From Octopus vulgaris (lineage: Eukaryota), in NCBI GenBank assembly GCA_951406725.2, contig OX597814.1, forward strand, positions 208,692,001-208,756,000: a stretch of DNA of 64,000 nucleotides, read 5' to 3'. Positions 51,232 to 63,665 of this stretch are shown piece after piece; the first letter of the stretch is position 1; each line of letters opens with the position of its first letter. The position numbers and the translations under genes are program-made. Below the pieces are notes generated by a model. That model had not been told where the DNA came from. It worked only from the letters and a program-made list of their open reading frames with translations, and searched no databases.

Positions 51232-51655
51232 TTGTTCTTTACCCCTGCTCCTTTCCTTCATTCTTTCCAGGTCGGTTGTTTTATTATTATGGCTTCATAT
51301 ACTGCCACACCATTAGTTTTACAAAATTCCTCCATACAGTAGTTGCAAGATATTATTCTCACACACTTGCAAGTTTAAAATGACTGTATGAAGTTTTGGA
51401 TTCTATTATCTAAATTTGATATAAGTGTCAATTCATATTACGGGAAAAACAGCTTACATTGTATATTTTAACTTCAGTTTATTATTTCTGAAAAAAAGAA
51501 TTTCAACAAAAAAATTTATATTTCAAATTGCAATACTTAAGAAAATACTTTTAAAAAATAGCATAAAAAGGTATTAAAAAATATAAACCTATTTCTTGTA
51601 CAAGATAATTACGAACAAAAACTAATCTTTCAGTCAGTATAATGAAGTCTATAGT

Positions 51656-52038
51656 GGAGGCGCAATGGCCCAGTGGTTAGGGCAGCGGACTCGCGGTCAT
51701 AGGATCACGGTTTCGATTCCCAGACCGGATGTTGTGAGTGTTTATTGAGCGAAAACACCTAAAAGCTCCACGAGGCTCCGGCAGGGGATGGTGGTGATCC
51801 CTGCTGTACTCTTTCACCACAACTTTCTCTCACTCTTACTTCCTGTATCTGTTGTACCTGTATTTCAAGGGTCCAGCCTTGTCACTCTCTGTGTCACGCT
51901 GAATATCCCCGAGAACTACGTTAAGGGTGCACGTGTCTGTGGAGTGCTCAGCCACTTACACGTTAATTTCACAAGCAGGCTGTTCCGTTGATTCGGATCA
52001 ACCGGAACCCTCATCGTCGTAACCGACGGAGTGCTCCC
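51656..52038 (+). mobile_element. SINE family C
   Basis: tRNA-Arg-like head (loop CTCGC); TSD ATAATGAAGTCT. Confidence 0.9.
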
Positions 52039-52334
52039 CATAATGAAGTCTTTATATCCTTCACTGAAGTAATGAAATAATACTGAAACATGTCCAGATT
52101 TGTCTCCACTAACTTGACTATTGCTTTTGATGCAGAAAACTGAGTTATTATTATTCACTGGTTTTTAGCTCTTTTAAAACTATATCTAAGAAGTTGTGTA
52201 ATTCTGTTATCAAAATTCTAAACCCTCTCTTCTTGCCACATACTTCTAATGTTTTTCCCAGAAAATAAAGGGCTTCATATGCATGCCCTTATTTACAAGT
52301 ATTCGCTCTTTTGCATGTTCACTTTGTCATCACA

Positions 52335-52540
52335 TTACTCTTTTACTTGTTTCAGTCATTTGACTGCGGCCATGCTGGAGCACCGCCTTTAGTCGAGCAA
52401 ATTGACCCCGGGACTTATTCTTTGTAAGCCCAGTACTTATTCTATCGGTCTCTTTTGCCGAACCGCTAAGTGACGGGGACGTAAACACACCAGCATCGGT
52501 TGTCAAGCAATGCTAGGGGGACAAACACAGACACACAAAC

Positions 52541-52573
<33 letters not shown>

Positions 52574-52749
52574 CATACATATATACGACAGGCTTCTTTC
52601 AGTTTCCGTCTACCAAATCCACTCACAAGGCATTGGTCGGCCCGGGGCTATAGCAGAAGACACTTGCCCAAGATGCCACGCAGTGGGACTGAACCCGGAA
52701 CCATGTGGTTGGTTAGCAAGTTACTTACCACACAGCCACTCCTGCGCCT
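52335..52749 (-). mobile_element. SINE family A
   Basis: Young full-length copy. Confidence 0.92.
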
Positions 52750-53238
52750 ACTTTTTTTCCATATAAAGATTACATACGACTGCCTAAATATGTCATTATC
52801 AACGTGAATCATGTAGGTTTCCATGTCTTAAGTCCATGTTTAACATTCAGAAAACTTCTCTCGTAGCGGTTTGTGTGCAAATTCAAATCATCCACAGGCT
52901 TTTTCACATTACAAACCATATCTTTGTGCATGTGCACATATAAGCATGCATATACATATATGTGTGTATGCATGTGTATACACATACAAACACACACGAT
53001 ACATTTATTAGATCAAAAGTGTAGCTGTCAACTGAGTTGGATGACATTAAGTTCTAATATAAGATAATGTATGCACTATGAGAAAATATAGTTTAATACA
53101 TTTTGAGGCTTCTTTCAGTTTCCATCCACCAAATTCACACACAAGGCTTTGGTTGGCCTGGAACTATAGAAGAGAAAACATTTGCCCCCAAGGTGCCACA
53201 CAAAGGATTGAACTCAAAACCACACTCAGTCTTCTTAA

Positions 53239-53470
53239 GGTGGCGAGCTGGCAGAATCGTTAGCACGCCGGGCGAAATGCTCAGCAGTATTTCGTCTGTC
53301 GCTACGTTCTGAGTTCAAATTCCGCCGAGGTCGACTTTGCCTTTCATCCTTTCGGGGTCGATTAAATAAGTACCAGTTACGCACTGGGGTCAATATAATC
53401 GACTTAATCTGTTTGTCTGTCCTTGTTTGTCCTCTCTGTGTTTAGCTCCTTGTGGGTAGTAAAGAAATAG
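53239..53470 (+). mobile_element. SINE family B inserted in an old SINE A head
   Basis: TSD AGTCTTCTTAA. Confidence 0.88.
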
Positions 53471-53653
53471 TCTTCTTAACCCCATAACTGTGTGAGTGTG
53501 TGAGAGACAGAAAGAGAGAGGCATCCATACAGATTCTCAGCCACATTGCATTAATTAACCTGAAGGACCAGTAGAAGACACCTTTGGTATAATGCAGTGG
53601 GCGGAACCCAAGACCACATGGTTACAAAATATCTTGTGTGTGTGTGTGTGTGT

Positions 53654-53690
<37 letters not shown>

Positions 53691-54265
53691 GATGCTGAAA
53701 AGTTACTGGCTTTGGATAAGAGAAAATACAAGAGGATCAATTAATTAGGATTTTAATCAACATATTCCCCTCTCAGATTCACACACTTATTGCAACAGTC
53801 CTTCAGTTTTTCTAAGCCCTGTAAAAGAACACAGAAGGTTGGGCCTCCAACCAAGTCTTTTGTGTTACCCTTACAGCCAGGAACTTTTCAGAACCACCTC
53901 ATGGGTGTGTGTGTGTGTGTGTGTGAGAGTGTGTGTGTGTGTGCATGTGTATGTATGTGTGTGCATGCACACATATAAGTCTCAAATGATTGTTGCACCC
54001 CAAGAAATCTTTCCTGGTGCCGAATGATAAAATATTAAAAATGAAAACCAATTATTTCATTTAAATATAAAAAACAAAAAACCAATCTATATAATCAGTA
54101 AATTTTCCGAGTAATAAAAAGGCAGAAAAAGTATGCTATCAGGCGATAAAAACTTGACTTCTACAACACCCAGATCTATTGTGTATGAGATAGGAGGCAA
54201 AAGTTAATTACTATCCACGGTATAAAAGAAAATTGCAGATGAGACAAAAAATGTGTGTGTGAGAG

Positions 54266-54297
<32 letters not shown>

Positions 54298-55467
54298 ATC
54301 TTCACTCAGTTCTCTTATATACACACACAAATATATTTTCACCATATTAACTAGTAGCTTAAGAACATAAAATTCATTAAAATGTAATTGTCAAATCATT
54401 AACCATGAAATTAGTATTTTTTTTTTTTCCTTTTAGCAAGCATACAATGAAGCAACTGATCACCTAAGCAGGTGGTCTTGCAGAAACATTCATAAATATT
54501 CATACTATCCTCTCTATGCAGAACACCAATTAGCTTTCCATTCTTGCCATATTTACTTTCTTTTGCTTCTTAAAGCATCTTTTTAATTCCACATCATAAG
54601 ACTATAGATGCTGTAGGGCTCTGAACAAAATACTTTGTAGAGTATTTATCCATGACCCCCATATTTCCTTGAGTTCAAATTCTTTGATTAGAATTGCAAA
54701 AGAGATTCTTCAAGCTGAGCCAACCAACAAGAAGACCTGACCTAGGGGTAATCCAAGTACAAGATGGTTGGATAATATCCATAATCACAGTTGGTCATGC
54801 TTTAGATTCTAGTTGGAAAGCATAATGACACTTGCTTCTGATAGGACTCTACCCTAACAACCCTCTCAAGAATAATGAGTGACAAAGATAGCTAGATGGA
54901 TGGAAATTCCACTAAGGTTAGACTTAGCTCTTTGAAGTTGAGAAAATAATTACCAGTAACACTAGGTTCAATTCCATTACTTATATATATCTCCCCTACA
55001 ATTTGTGCCCATCTGCTATTGTGTGAAGTGTTATATCAAATTTCCCCACATTAGAAAGAAAAGTTTATTTTTTACATTTGCAGATTTCAATGCTCCTATA
55101 TAGTATTGGATGTTTCTATCGGTTTATAAGATTTTAGATTTCAAGACTAAGAACCCCATCTCCAAAGACAAAGATATTTTCTAATATCTTACATTTACAC
55201 TGATTCTATCAGTTTGATGTCCAATCATCAAGATTCTTATTTCCAAATTATGTATGTACAAGTAGACTGGATTTAAAAAAATAATTTTTATTTCTAAATT
55301 AAGGGTAGTAATTCTTTCTAATTTTGGGCACATCAACCTTAGTACTCGACAAGTACTTCACTTTCTTGTCTCTGAAAATATAAAAAGCAAAGCTGACCTC
55401 AGCAGAATCTAAATTGAGAATGCTAGGAGCCAGGAGAAACGTCACCAAGCATTTTGTCCAGTACATG

Positions 55468-55861
55468 TTACCCTTTTACTTGTTTCAGTCATTTGACTGC
55501 GGCCATGCTGGAGCACTGCCTTTAGTCGAGCAAATCGACCCCGGGACTTATTCTTTGTAAGTTCAGTACTTATTCTATCGGTCTCTTTTGCCGAACCGCT
55601 AAGTGATGGGGATGTAAACACACCAGCATCGGTTGTCAAGCAATGCTAGGGGGACAAACACACACACATACACATATATACATATATATACATATATACG
55701 ACAGGCTTCTTTCAGTTTCCGTCTACCAAATCCACTCACAAGGCATTGGTCGGCCCAGGGCTATAGCAGAAGACACTTGCCCAAGATGCCACGCAGTGGG
55801 ACTGAACCCGGAACCATGTGGTTGGTTAGCAAGCTATTTACCACACAGCCACTCCTGCGCC
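55468..55861 (-). mobile_element. SINE family A
   Basis: Full-length reverse copy. Confidence 0.92.
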
Positions 55862-56397
55862 TGTTAACAAGGGGTATAATAAAACTCTTTTCCACAGAAC
55901 CAAAGATGTAGTCTCTGATGACCTGACATACCAATGGATAAAGCAAAGTAGCGGAAATGGTACAAATTAAGAACTAATGAAAACACACTCTACATCTTTT
56001 AATGTTTCTATGTTAAAATCTCACAGGCACTATCAATAAGTGATCAATGGAAAAAAAAAGTAGCAATAAGATACTAAAATCAATTTAATCAATTAGATAA
56101 CATTCTCTTACAAGTACCAAAAAAACTTTTATGTAGAAATAATGCAATCATCAACAATTTGCTTTGCCTATTTCACCAAACAGAAGTTGCCCCCCAATTT
56201 TTTTTTTTTTTTCTCTCCCCCAATGACTTCTAAATCTTTCAAACAATTACTATTAATGTATGAATAGCTAAAACAGTTTCATTTCAACAAGAATTTCCAG
56301 TAGCAACTGAAGTTTGACAGTTCTTAGAATCACCAATATTGAACTGTCCTCTTAGCATATGTAATGACGTTACGGAGCTCTAGCTAACCCTGCTTAA

Positions 56398-56618
56398 CCC
56401 TTTAGCATTTAAACCGGCCATATCCGGCCAAAAGTATTCTGCCTGTTTTATGTTCAAACTGGCCAGATCTGGTCTCTCACACCAACCCTACAATATCGTT
56501 TTAAAAATTAACAGCTACCTCATCAAAATCTCATAGCTACAAGATAATGCATGATTAGTTCAAAACAATGTGGATGAAAAAGCATTAATTTTGGCAGAAT
56601 AATGTGAACACTAAAGGG
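56398..56618. mobile_element. piggyBac-type MITE family 1
   Basis: TTAA|CCCTTTAG...CTAAAGGG|TTAA. Confidence 0.9.
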
Positions 56619-57470
56619 TTAAACAGGTCTATAGCATAGGGTCAGTCAATTGAATATTTGTGTTCTTATATCCAAGCATTTCAAAAATTTAACAAATGTT
56701 TTTGCTCAGACTTTCTAGTGTCTTAAATTAACCATCTGCAGAGCTATAACCAGAACAAACAAGCCAATCTCATAATTAGTAATGTGAAACTGGGCAAAAT
56801 TTGGATCACAGGTGACACACAGAGATAGCACTAAGTACTCCAACGTGGTCTTAGAATAAAAACAGAATAGACACAATTATTCTGTTGTCTTTAGTTGAAA
56901 TAAGACTAACTGATGCTAATCTTATTTCCTGGTTTAGACAGCCGAAACCTGGTGCATTCATCGTCATTCAACATCTGTTTTCCAGGCTGGCATGGAAATT
57001 TGCATAAATCATCCAACCTATCCTTACAATAATAAGACTATGAAAATTCTTGGAGGTGTGTGGTGAGGATAGGTGAATTGGTTGAAATAAAAGATAATGT
57101 GAGAATGTCTTTTTTATCATGAGCCAAGCCCACGATTATAGTACAATACGTAAGTTGCTGTCATTCACAAGGAGAACAGTCCTGACATGTGATATCTTTT
57201 TCTAATAAGTGGAGCAGAACTGCAAGGGTTTGAGCATAAAGCATATCAATAAGCTAGAAGCTATTGAAGCCAGTAGTACAGCATTCTGTCTATATAATCA
57301 GCTACAACACTAGAGAAGAGACTAACCATGACTGTAGAATATCATACTATCTGTTTTACAGTCTGTTGTTAATCTAGCTAAGAAATTCTCTTGACAGGAA
57401 ATAAGGCAAGAACAGTAGTGAAACCTGTTTACAAGACAGATTATAACTGCCTGGCAATTAGAGATTTTAA

Positions 57471-57688
57471 CCCTTTAGTGTTCGCATTATTCTGCCAAAA
57501 TTAATCCTTTTTTATCCACATTGTTTTGAAGTAATCATGCACTATCTTGTAACTATGAGATTTTGATGAGGTAGCTTTTAATTTTTCAAATATTGTAGGG
57601 TTGGTGTGAGAGACCAGATCTGGCGAGTTTGAACATAAAACAGGCAGAATACTTTTGGCCGGATGTGGCCGGTTTAAATGCTAAAGGG
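57471..57688. mobile_element. piggyBac-type MITE family 1
   Basis: TTAA flanks; opposite orientation to 56398. Confidence 0.9.
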
Positions 57689-57810
57689 TTAAACAGTTTA
57701 TATAAGACTTGCCTTCCTTGACAAGAGGAAGTGAACTGAATGGGTGTGATTAGGACAGTAGAGATTGTTAATCCTAATTAATCCTAAATGTGCCCAGCAA
57801 AAGTAACAGA

Positions 57811-57990
57811 TGTCCAAAAACTGGATGCTTTACTATATTTCATTTGATACCTCAAAGTTCTGAGTCCAAATCCCACTAGCATCCTTGAAAGAAAAAAAAG
57901 TGTCCAAAAACTGGATGCTTTACTATATTTCATTTGATACCTCAAAGTTCTGAGTCCATATCCCACTAGCATCCTTGAAAGAAAAAAAAG
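57811..57990. repeat. 90-bp tandem duplication
   Basis: 57811-57900 and 57901-57990, one mismatch. Confidence 0.95.
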
Positions 57991-58393
57991 TGGCTGTGTG
58001 GTAAGTAGCTTGTTTACCAACCACATGGTTCCGGGTTCAGTCCCACTGCGTGGCATCTTGGGCAAGTGTCTTCTACTATAGCCTTGGGCCGACCAAAGCC
58101 TTATGAGTGGATTTGGTAGACGGAAACTGAAAGAAGCCCTTCGTATATAAGTATATGTATATATATGTGTGTGTGTGTGTTTGTGTGTCTGTGTCTGTCC
58201 CCCTAGCATTGATTGACAACCGATGCTGGTGTGTTTATGTCCCCGTAACTTAGCGGTTCGGCAAAAGAGACCGATAGAATAAAGTACTGGGCTTACAAAA
58301 GAATAAGTCCCGGGGTCGATTTGCTCGACTAAAGGCGGTGCTCCAGCATGGCCGCAGTCAAATGACTGAAACAAGTAAAAGAGTAAAAGAGTA
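57989..58393 (+). mobile_element. SINE family A
   Basis: Slightly 5'-truncated; (AAAAGAGT)2 tail. Confidence 0.9.
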
Positions 58394-58601
58394 ATAATTG
58401 ACCAGGTTCAACTTAATGAAGTATATGACTCCTCTTTAAACTTGACCTTGTGTTTGGTTAAAATAAATCACCAGTCATATCCAAACAGAAAAGGTATCAC
58501 ATTATTCTATCAATAGCTTAGAGGGGTACTACTGGATAAAAAGTGTGAAGGAAACAAGCAAGATTAAGGTAATAAATAACATTAACAGTTGATAACTTGC
58601 T

Positions 58602-58795
58602 AGGCGTAGGAGTGGCTGTGTGGTAAGTAGCTTGCTTACGAAACACATGGTTCTGGGTTCAGTCCCACTGCATGGCACCTTGGGCAAGTGTCTCCTACTT
58701 ATAGCCTCAGGCTGACCGAAGCCTTGTGGATTTGGTAGACGGAAACTGAAAGAAGCCCATCGTATATATGTATATATGTGTGTGTGTGTGTGTGC

Positions 58796-58826
<31 letters not shown>

Positions 58827-59046
58827 TGTGTGTGTGTGTGTGTGTGTGTCCCCAACATCGCTTGACAACCGATGCTGGTGTGTTTACGTCCCCGTAACTT
58901 AGCGGTTCGGCAAAAGAGACCGATAAAATAAGTACTAGGCTTACAGAGAATAAACCCTGGGGTCGATTTGCTCGACTCAAGGCGGTGCTCCAGCATGGCC
59001 ACAGTCAAATAACTGAAACAAGTAAAAGAGTAAGAGTAAAAAGAGT
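58602..59046 (+). mobile_element. SINE family A
   Basis: Full length; long (TG)n core. Confidence 0.9.
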
Positions 59047-59702
59047 GCTATTGATTATAAGCCAGAGATTGAAGGCTTGCTTTTCAGATAGGTGTCTTCC
59101 AATTTTTTTTTTTACTCACTGCTTTGTGCTTTTATTATTTATCCAAACTATGCAACAGGTTAACTTTTCAAAAACAGATCTAAAATTATTTCTAGCAAAC
59201 AGATCACAGAATATACATTTGCAGGTTGATCAAAGCAGACTCGAATAGGCTAGCAATAACAATGAGATCTGGTAAGACCAAGATATGTCTGTAGCTGCCA
59301 CCTTGCCTGGAAACAAAATTCAGATTTTCCCTAACCCTTTAGTGTTCAGATTACTCTGTTAAATGTAAGGCTTTTTTATTTAAATTGTTTTGAATTAATC
59401 ATGCATTACCTTATAGCTTTGAGGTTTCAATGATGTGATTGTTTATTTTTAGAATGTCAATGTAGGTTAGGTGTGAGAGGCTAGATATGGCCAGTTTGAA
59501 TATAAAATTCAGATTTTCCCTAAACATGAAAATTTTGTAAAATAATCCAATAGTTCCTTAAATCCTTAAAAATGTTCAAGCCCGAAGGCCGCGGCCATGC
59601 TGGGGTACCACCGTTGCTGACAACTATTACATGGTTTTCATTTTCTCCAGCTAAGAGCGAAATTTCAAATAAGAAATTTTTGCCTACATCATTCAGTTAG
59701 TA

Positions 59703-59895
59703 CATCATCATCTAACATCCACTTTTCCATGTTTGCAGGGGTCAAACGGAACTTCTTGAGGAAGAAATCCTGGATGCCAGCCCCCACCTTTTTCCAAAGA
59801 AGGTAATATTTCCTGTGGCCAAACATATTTTTCACATAAGACTGGTGTGATGGTGATACTCATTTACACCCATCACATGATGTCAAGACAATGGT

Positions 59896-59939
<44 letters not shown>

Positions 59940-60125
59940 ACATACATACATACACACACAATGGACTTCTATCAGTTTCCATCTACCAAATTCCATTCAC
60001 AAGGCTTTAGTCAACCCAGGACTATAACAGAAAACACTTGCCCAAAGTGCCATGTAATAGGACTGAAACAAAGACCACATGGCTGGGTAGCAAACGTTTT
60101 AGCCACACAGCCAATACCTGCACCT
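59703..60125 (-). mobile_element. Older SINE sharing the family A head but with a (GAT)n RTE-like tail
   Basis: Similar to ~10121-10530 and the host of the CR1 at ~23455-24275. Confidence 0.65.
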
Positions 60126-60192
60126 ATTTGCTTATTTACCAAAATTAATGCCAATGTAGAAGCATCTACAGTCACTCAATAAGCCAGAAAAA

Positions 60193-60724
60193 TTATTTTC
60201 ATTATTTACATTTGATGGATATTTGTCCTCATCTTGTTTGTTGTTAACACAATATTACGGATGATATACCCTCCAGCCTTCATCAGGTACCTTGGGGAAA
60301 TTTCAAACCAGGGTTCTCATTCCTAAGGTATTTCTCGATATTATTATGTTATGATTATTGTTATTATTATTATTATTCAGGTCACTGCTTGGGATCGAAC
60401 TCAGAATCTTGGGGTTAGTAGCCAGCACTCTTACCACTACACCATATGTCCATGGTTAAGAGCGCAGGCTACTAACCCCAAGATTCCAAGTTTGATTTCA
60501 GGCAGTGACCTAAATAATAATAATAATAATAACAACAACATCGAGAAATACCTTAGGAATGAGAACCCAGGTTCGAAATTTCCCCAAGACACCTGAAGAA
60601 GGCTGGAGGGTATATCAGCCGAAACGTTGTGTTAACAACAAACAAGATGAGGACAAATATCCTTCAAATGTAAATAGTGTAAATAATGTACATAATTCCT
60701 CATCTCTTAAATATAGAACTGTAT
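60193..60724. mobile_element. Head-to-head dimer of a tRNA-head + (AAT)n + hammerhead element
   Basis: Two inverted ~230-250-bp arms meeting near 60450; TSD GCCAGAAAAA at 60183 and 60725. Confidence 0.82.
60588..60633 (+). ncRNA. Minimal type-I hammerhead ribozyme motif
   Basis: GACAC-CTGAAGA-A-GGCTG-gagggtatat-CAGCC-GAAA-CG-TT|GTGTT; palindromic stem III AACGTT. Confidence 0.78.
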
Positions 60725-60897
60725 GCCAGAAAAAATAAACCTTCTTCAAATTAAATATTACTATCTCAGGAAAGGATACAGCATGATGTTTGGTGCACTA
60801 TGTCTAGGAAAAAGAGCTGATCACAGCTAGAATGCCTTTCGTTAGGGCTCACTTGTGGCTAAGTAACATTATACAGAAGCAAGTGCAGTAACATAAA

Positions 60898-61212
60898 TCA
60901 TCATCATCATTCTTTAACAGCCATTTTCCATGCTGGCATGGGTTGGACAATTTGACCAGGGCTGGCAAGCTGGAGAGCTACACCAGGATCCAGTCTGATT
61001 TGGTCTGGTTTCTATGGCTGGATGGCCTTCCTAACGCCAACCACTTTACAATGTGTGTTGGGTGCCTTTAACATGGCACTGGCACAAGCTCTTTTATGTG
61101 GCACCAGAAATAGTGCTTTTTTATGTGGCACTGGCACAGGACTCTTGCAGCAGGCCAATCCTCTTCACCAGGCGAATCGGCTTTGACACTTCTGCTGGAC
61201 TAGTCTTCTTGA
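60898..61212 (-). mobile_element. Old RTE 3' end
   Basis: (CAT)n start and conserved block. Confidence 0.75.
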
Positions 61213-63213
61213 GTAAGAAAGTAAGTAAATGAAAGCATCCAATGTCAAATAGGAATAAAAACAGACAGACATTAGCTAAGTTGACAAGCATCCTAAGAAG
61301 GGCAGATTAAAAAAACTTAAGGGAGAAATTTCATTGTAATTGTTGGAATGTAAATATTACTCTAGAGAGAAAAATATTTTAAATAACATTAAGTTGAAAT
61401 AAGAAAAAAAAACAATAAAAAATGTTTTGTTTCAGTTTTAAGAAAATATAAGCTGTTCTGGCAACGATCAGTGAGATGCCAAAAAAAAAAATATAAAATC
61501 TATAAAGGTTACAAGACTGGCTGCTTTGCTAAACTGGTAAAATACTAGGAAATCATTTTCATTATGCAAGTAATGAAATATGTATTTTCAAGAAAAAAGT
61601 ACAAAGGTTGTTAAGAATGACTGAGTCCAACAACTCACTTTGTACGTTGAATACCTTATATTATTCATTATTTCAGGAAAGAAAGGATTCCAGGATTCAT
61701 GTAAGAGAAGAAATGTGGTGGGACATGGATGGTTTGGTTTTGCCAAGGGCAGAACAACTGGGAAATTTACTTTTTGCTGTTCAAGTCCCACCAATTATAT
61801 TTAATCAGTCTCATTATTTCTGCCAGATCAAGACTGGAGCCTGGTGCAGCAATCTGGTTTGTCAGCCCTCAGTCAAAATTGTCCAACCAAGCTAGCATGG
61901 AAAGCGGACATTAAACGATGATGAACCTTCATTTACTGTCATATCTATATCATTTTGTCCTTTTTTTGTACAGCTGGTTGTCACTTGTGAGTGAGTGTAG
62001 CTTGGGAGCATATACCATGCTCTCAATAATTATTGTAGGTGATCATACAGTCACAAGCTGAGACAGACAGTCAGCACCACCCTCCCCCACCTCCAGCCTT
62101 GACCTAGCAGAATATGCAGGATGTGAAAACCTAGAAGGAGAGAGATCTACACTAGCATCCAGCTGGTACAAATTACAGCTGAGTAATCTGGCGTAATTTG
62201 AAATGAAGTACTTTGGTCAAGGATACATATTGTCTGGCCCAGGAACTGAACCCACAACCTAATGGTGATAAATCAAACATCCTAACTATTAGGTCACAAG
62301 AATGTCTCCAATCAAAAACACATCTTGATAATTATTTTACAGTTAATTCCTGGTTACTCTTTGGACTGTGGCAGTGTTGGAGCACCCTCTTCAAAGGTTT
62401 AATCAACTCTATCAACCTCAGCACTTTGTAACCATTATATAAATCTTAGAAAAAAAAAAAAAAGTGGAAAGCAAAATCAATCAGGTGAGAAGGGAAGCAA
62501 CTGAGAGGCATCGAAATATCACAAGGCACTTATATTCAACAATCAGTATTTTGCTATTCCATGCTATTGGACATGCATAAATACACGCATAATTGAGTGG
62601 TTAAGAAGTTCATTTCATAATCACGAGATCCCACGACTTGGTACTTTTGGCAAGATTTTTTTAAACCACAAGGTGAAATCAATCAAAGCCTTGCCAGTGA
62701 AATTGGGTAGATAGAAACTGTGTCGAAGCCCTTCAGATGGAGTGTATCTGTAATTCAAGTTAGAAACTTGTCACACATTGTGATACACTGATTTTATCAG
62801 AGAATTATATTACATACCATTGTCCTCGGCATTATTATCATTATTTAACATCCATTTTCCATGCTGGCATAGATTGGACAGTTTGACAGGAGCTGGCAAG
62901 CCAGAAGACTGCGCCAAGCTTTACTGTCTGCTTTACACAGCTAATTAACATGTTCGTTAAATATGCAGGTAGTTCTGTAGACCAAACAACTGACTGCTCA
63001 TCATTTTAACTGACAGAGAAGACATCAGAAGCATACACACACACACTCACACACATCTGTCATTTCTGTAAATCAAATGTCATTTTATTTCCCACAGCTT
63101 TGACCAACCCATAGTTTTCACAGGAGACAATGAACGACAAAGTAGAGTTAAACTCAGGAACAAGTACCTGCAAAGTGCATACCTAACCATGCAACAATGC
63201 CTGCAGCCACCAC

Positions 63214-63665
63214 CATCATCGTTTAACGTCCGTTTTCCATGCTGGCATGGGTTGGACGATTCAACTGGGGTCTGGGAAGCCAGAAGGCTGCACCAGGCCC
63301 AGTCTGATCTGGCAATGTTTCTACGGCTGGATGCCCTTCCTAATGCCAACCACTCCGTGAGTGTAGTGGGTGCTTTTTACGTGCCACCAGCACAGGGACC
63401 ATACGAAGCTGGCAACGGCCACGGTCGGATGGTGCTTTTTAAGTGCCACCGGCACGGAGGCCAGTCAGGCGGCGCTGGCTACGGCCAAGGCGCTGGCTAC
63501 GGCCCATCATCATCATTTAATGTCCGCTTTCCATGATGGCATGGGTTAGCGGGTTTGACTGGAACTGGTAAGCCGGAAAGCTGCACCAGGTTTCAGTCTG
63601 ATTTGGCAAGGTTTCTACAGCTGGATACCCTTCCTAATGCCAACCACCCCAAGAGTGTAATGGGT
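63214..63665 (-). mobile_element. Two adjacent RTE 3' ends
   Basis: Tails start near 63214 and 63505. Confidence 0.82.

Noticed and set aside
51656-51730. tRNA-Arg gene
   Set aside because: No acceptor stem closure; it continues into a repeated SINE body with a TSD.
57784-59008. Longest ORFs in the track (196 and 159 aa)
   Set aside because: Antisense read-through of SINE A, microsatellites and the tandem duplication; the same peptides recur at every copy.
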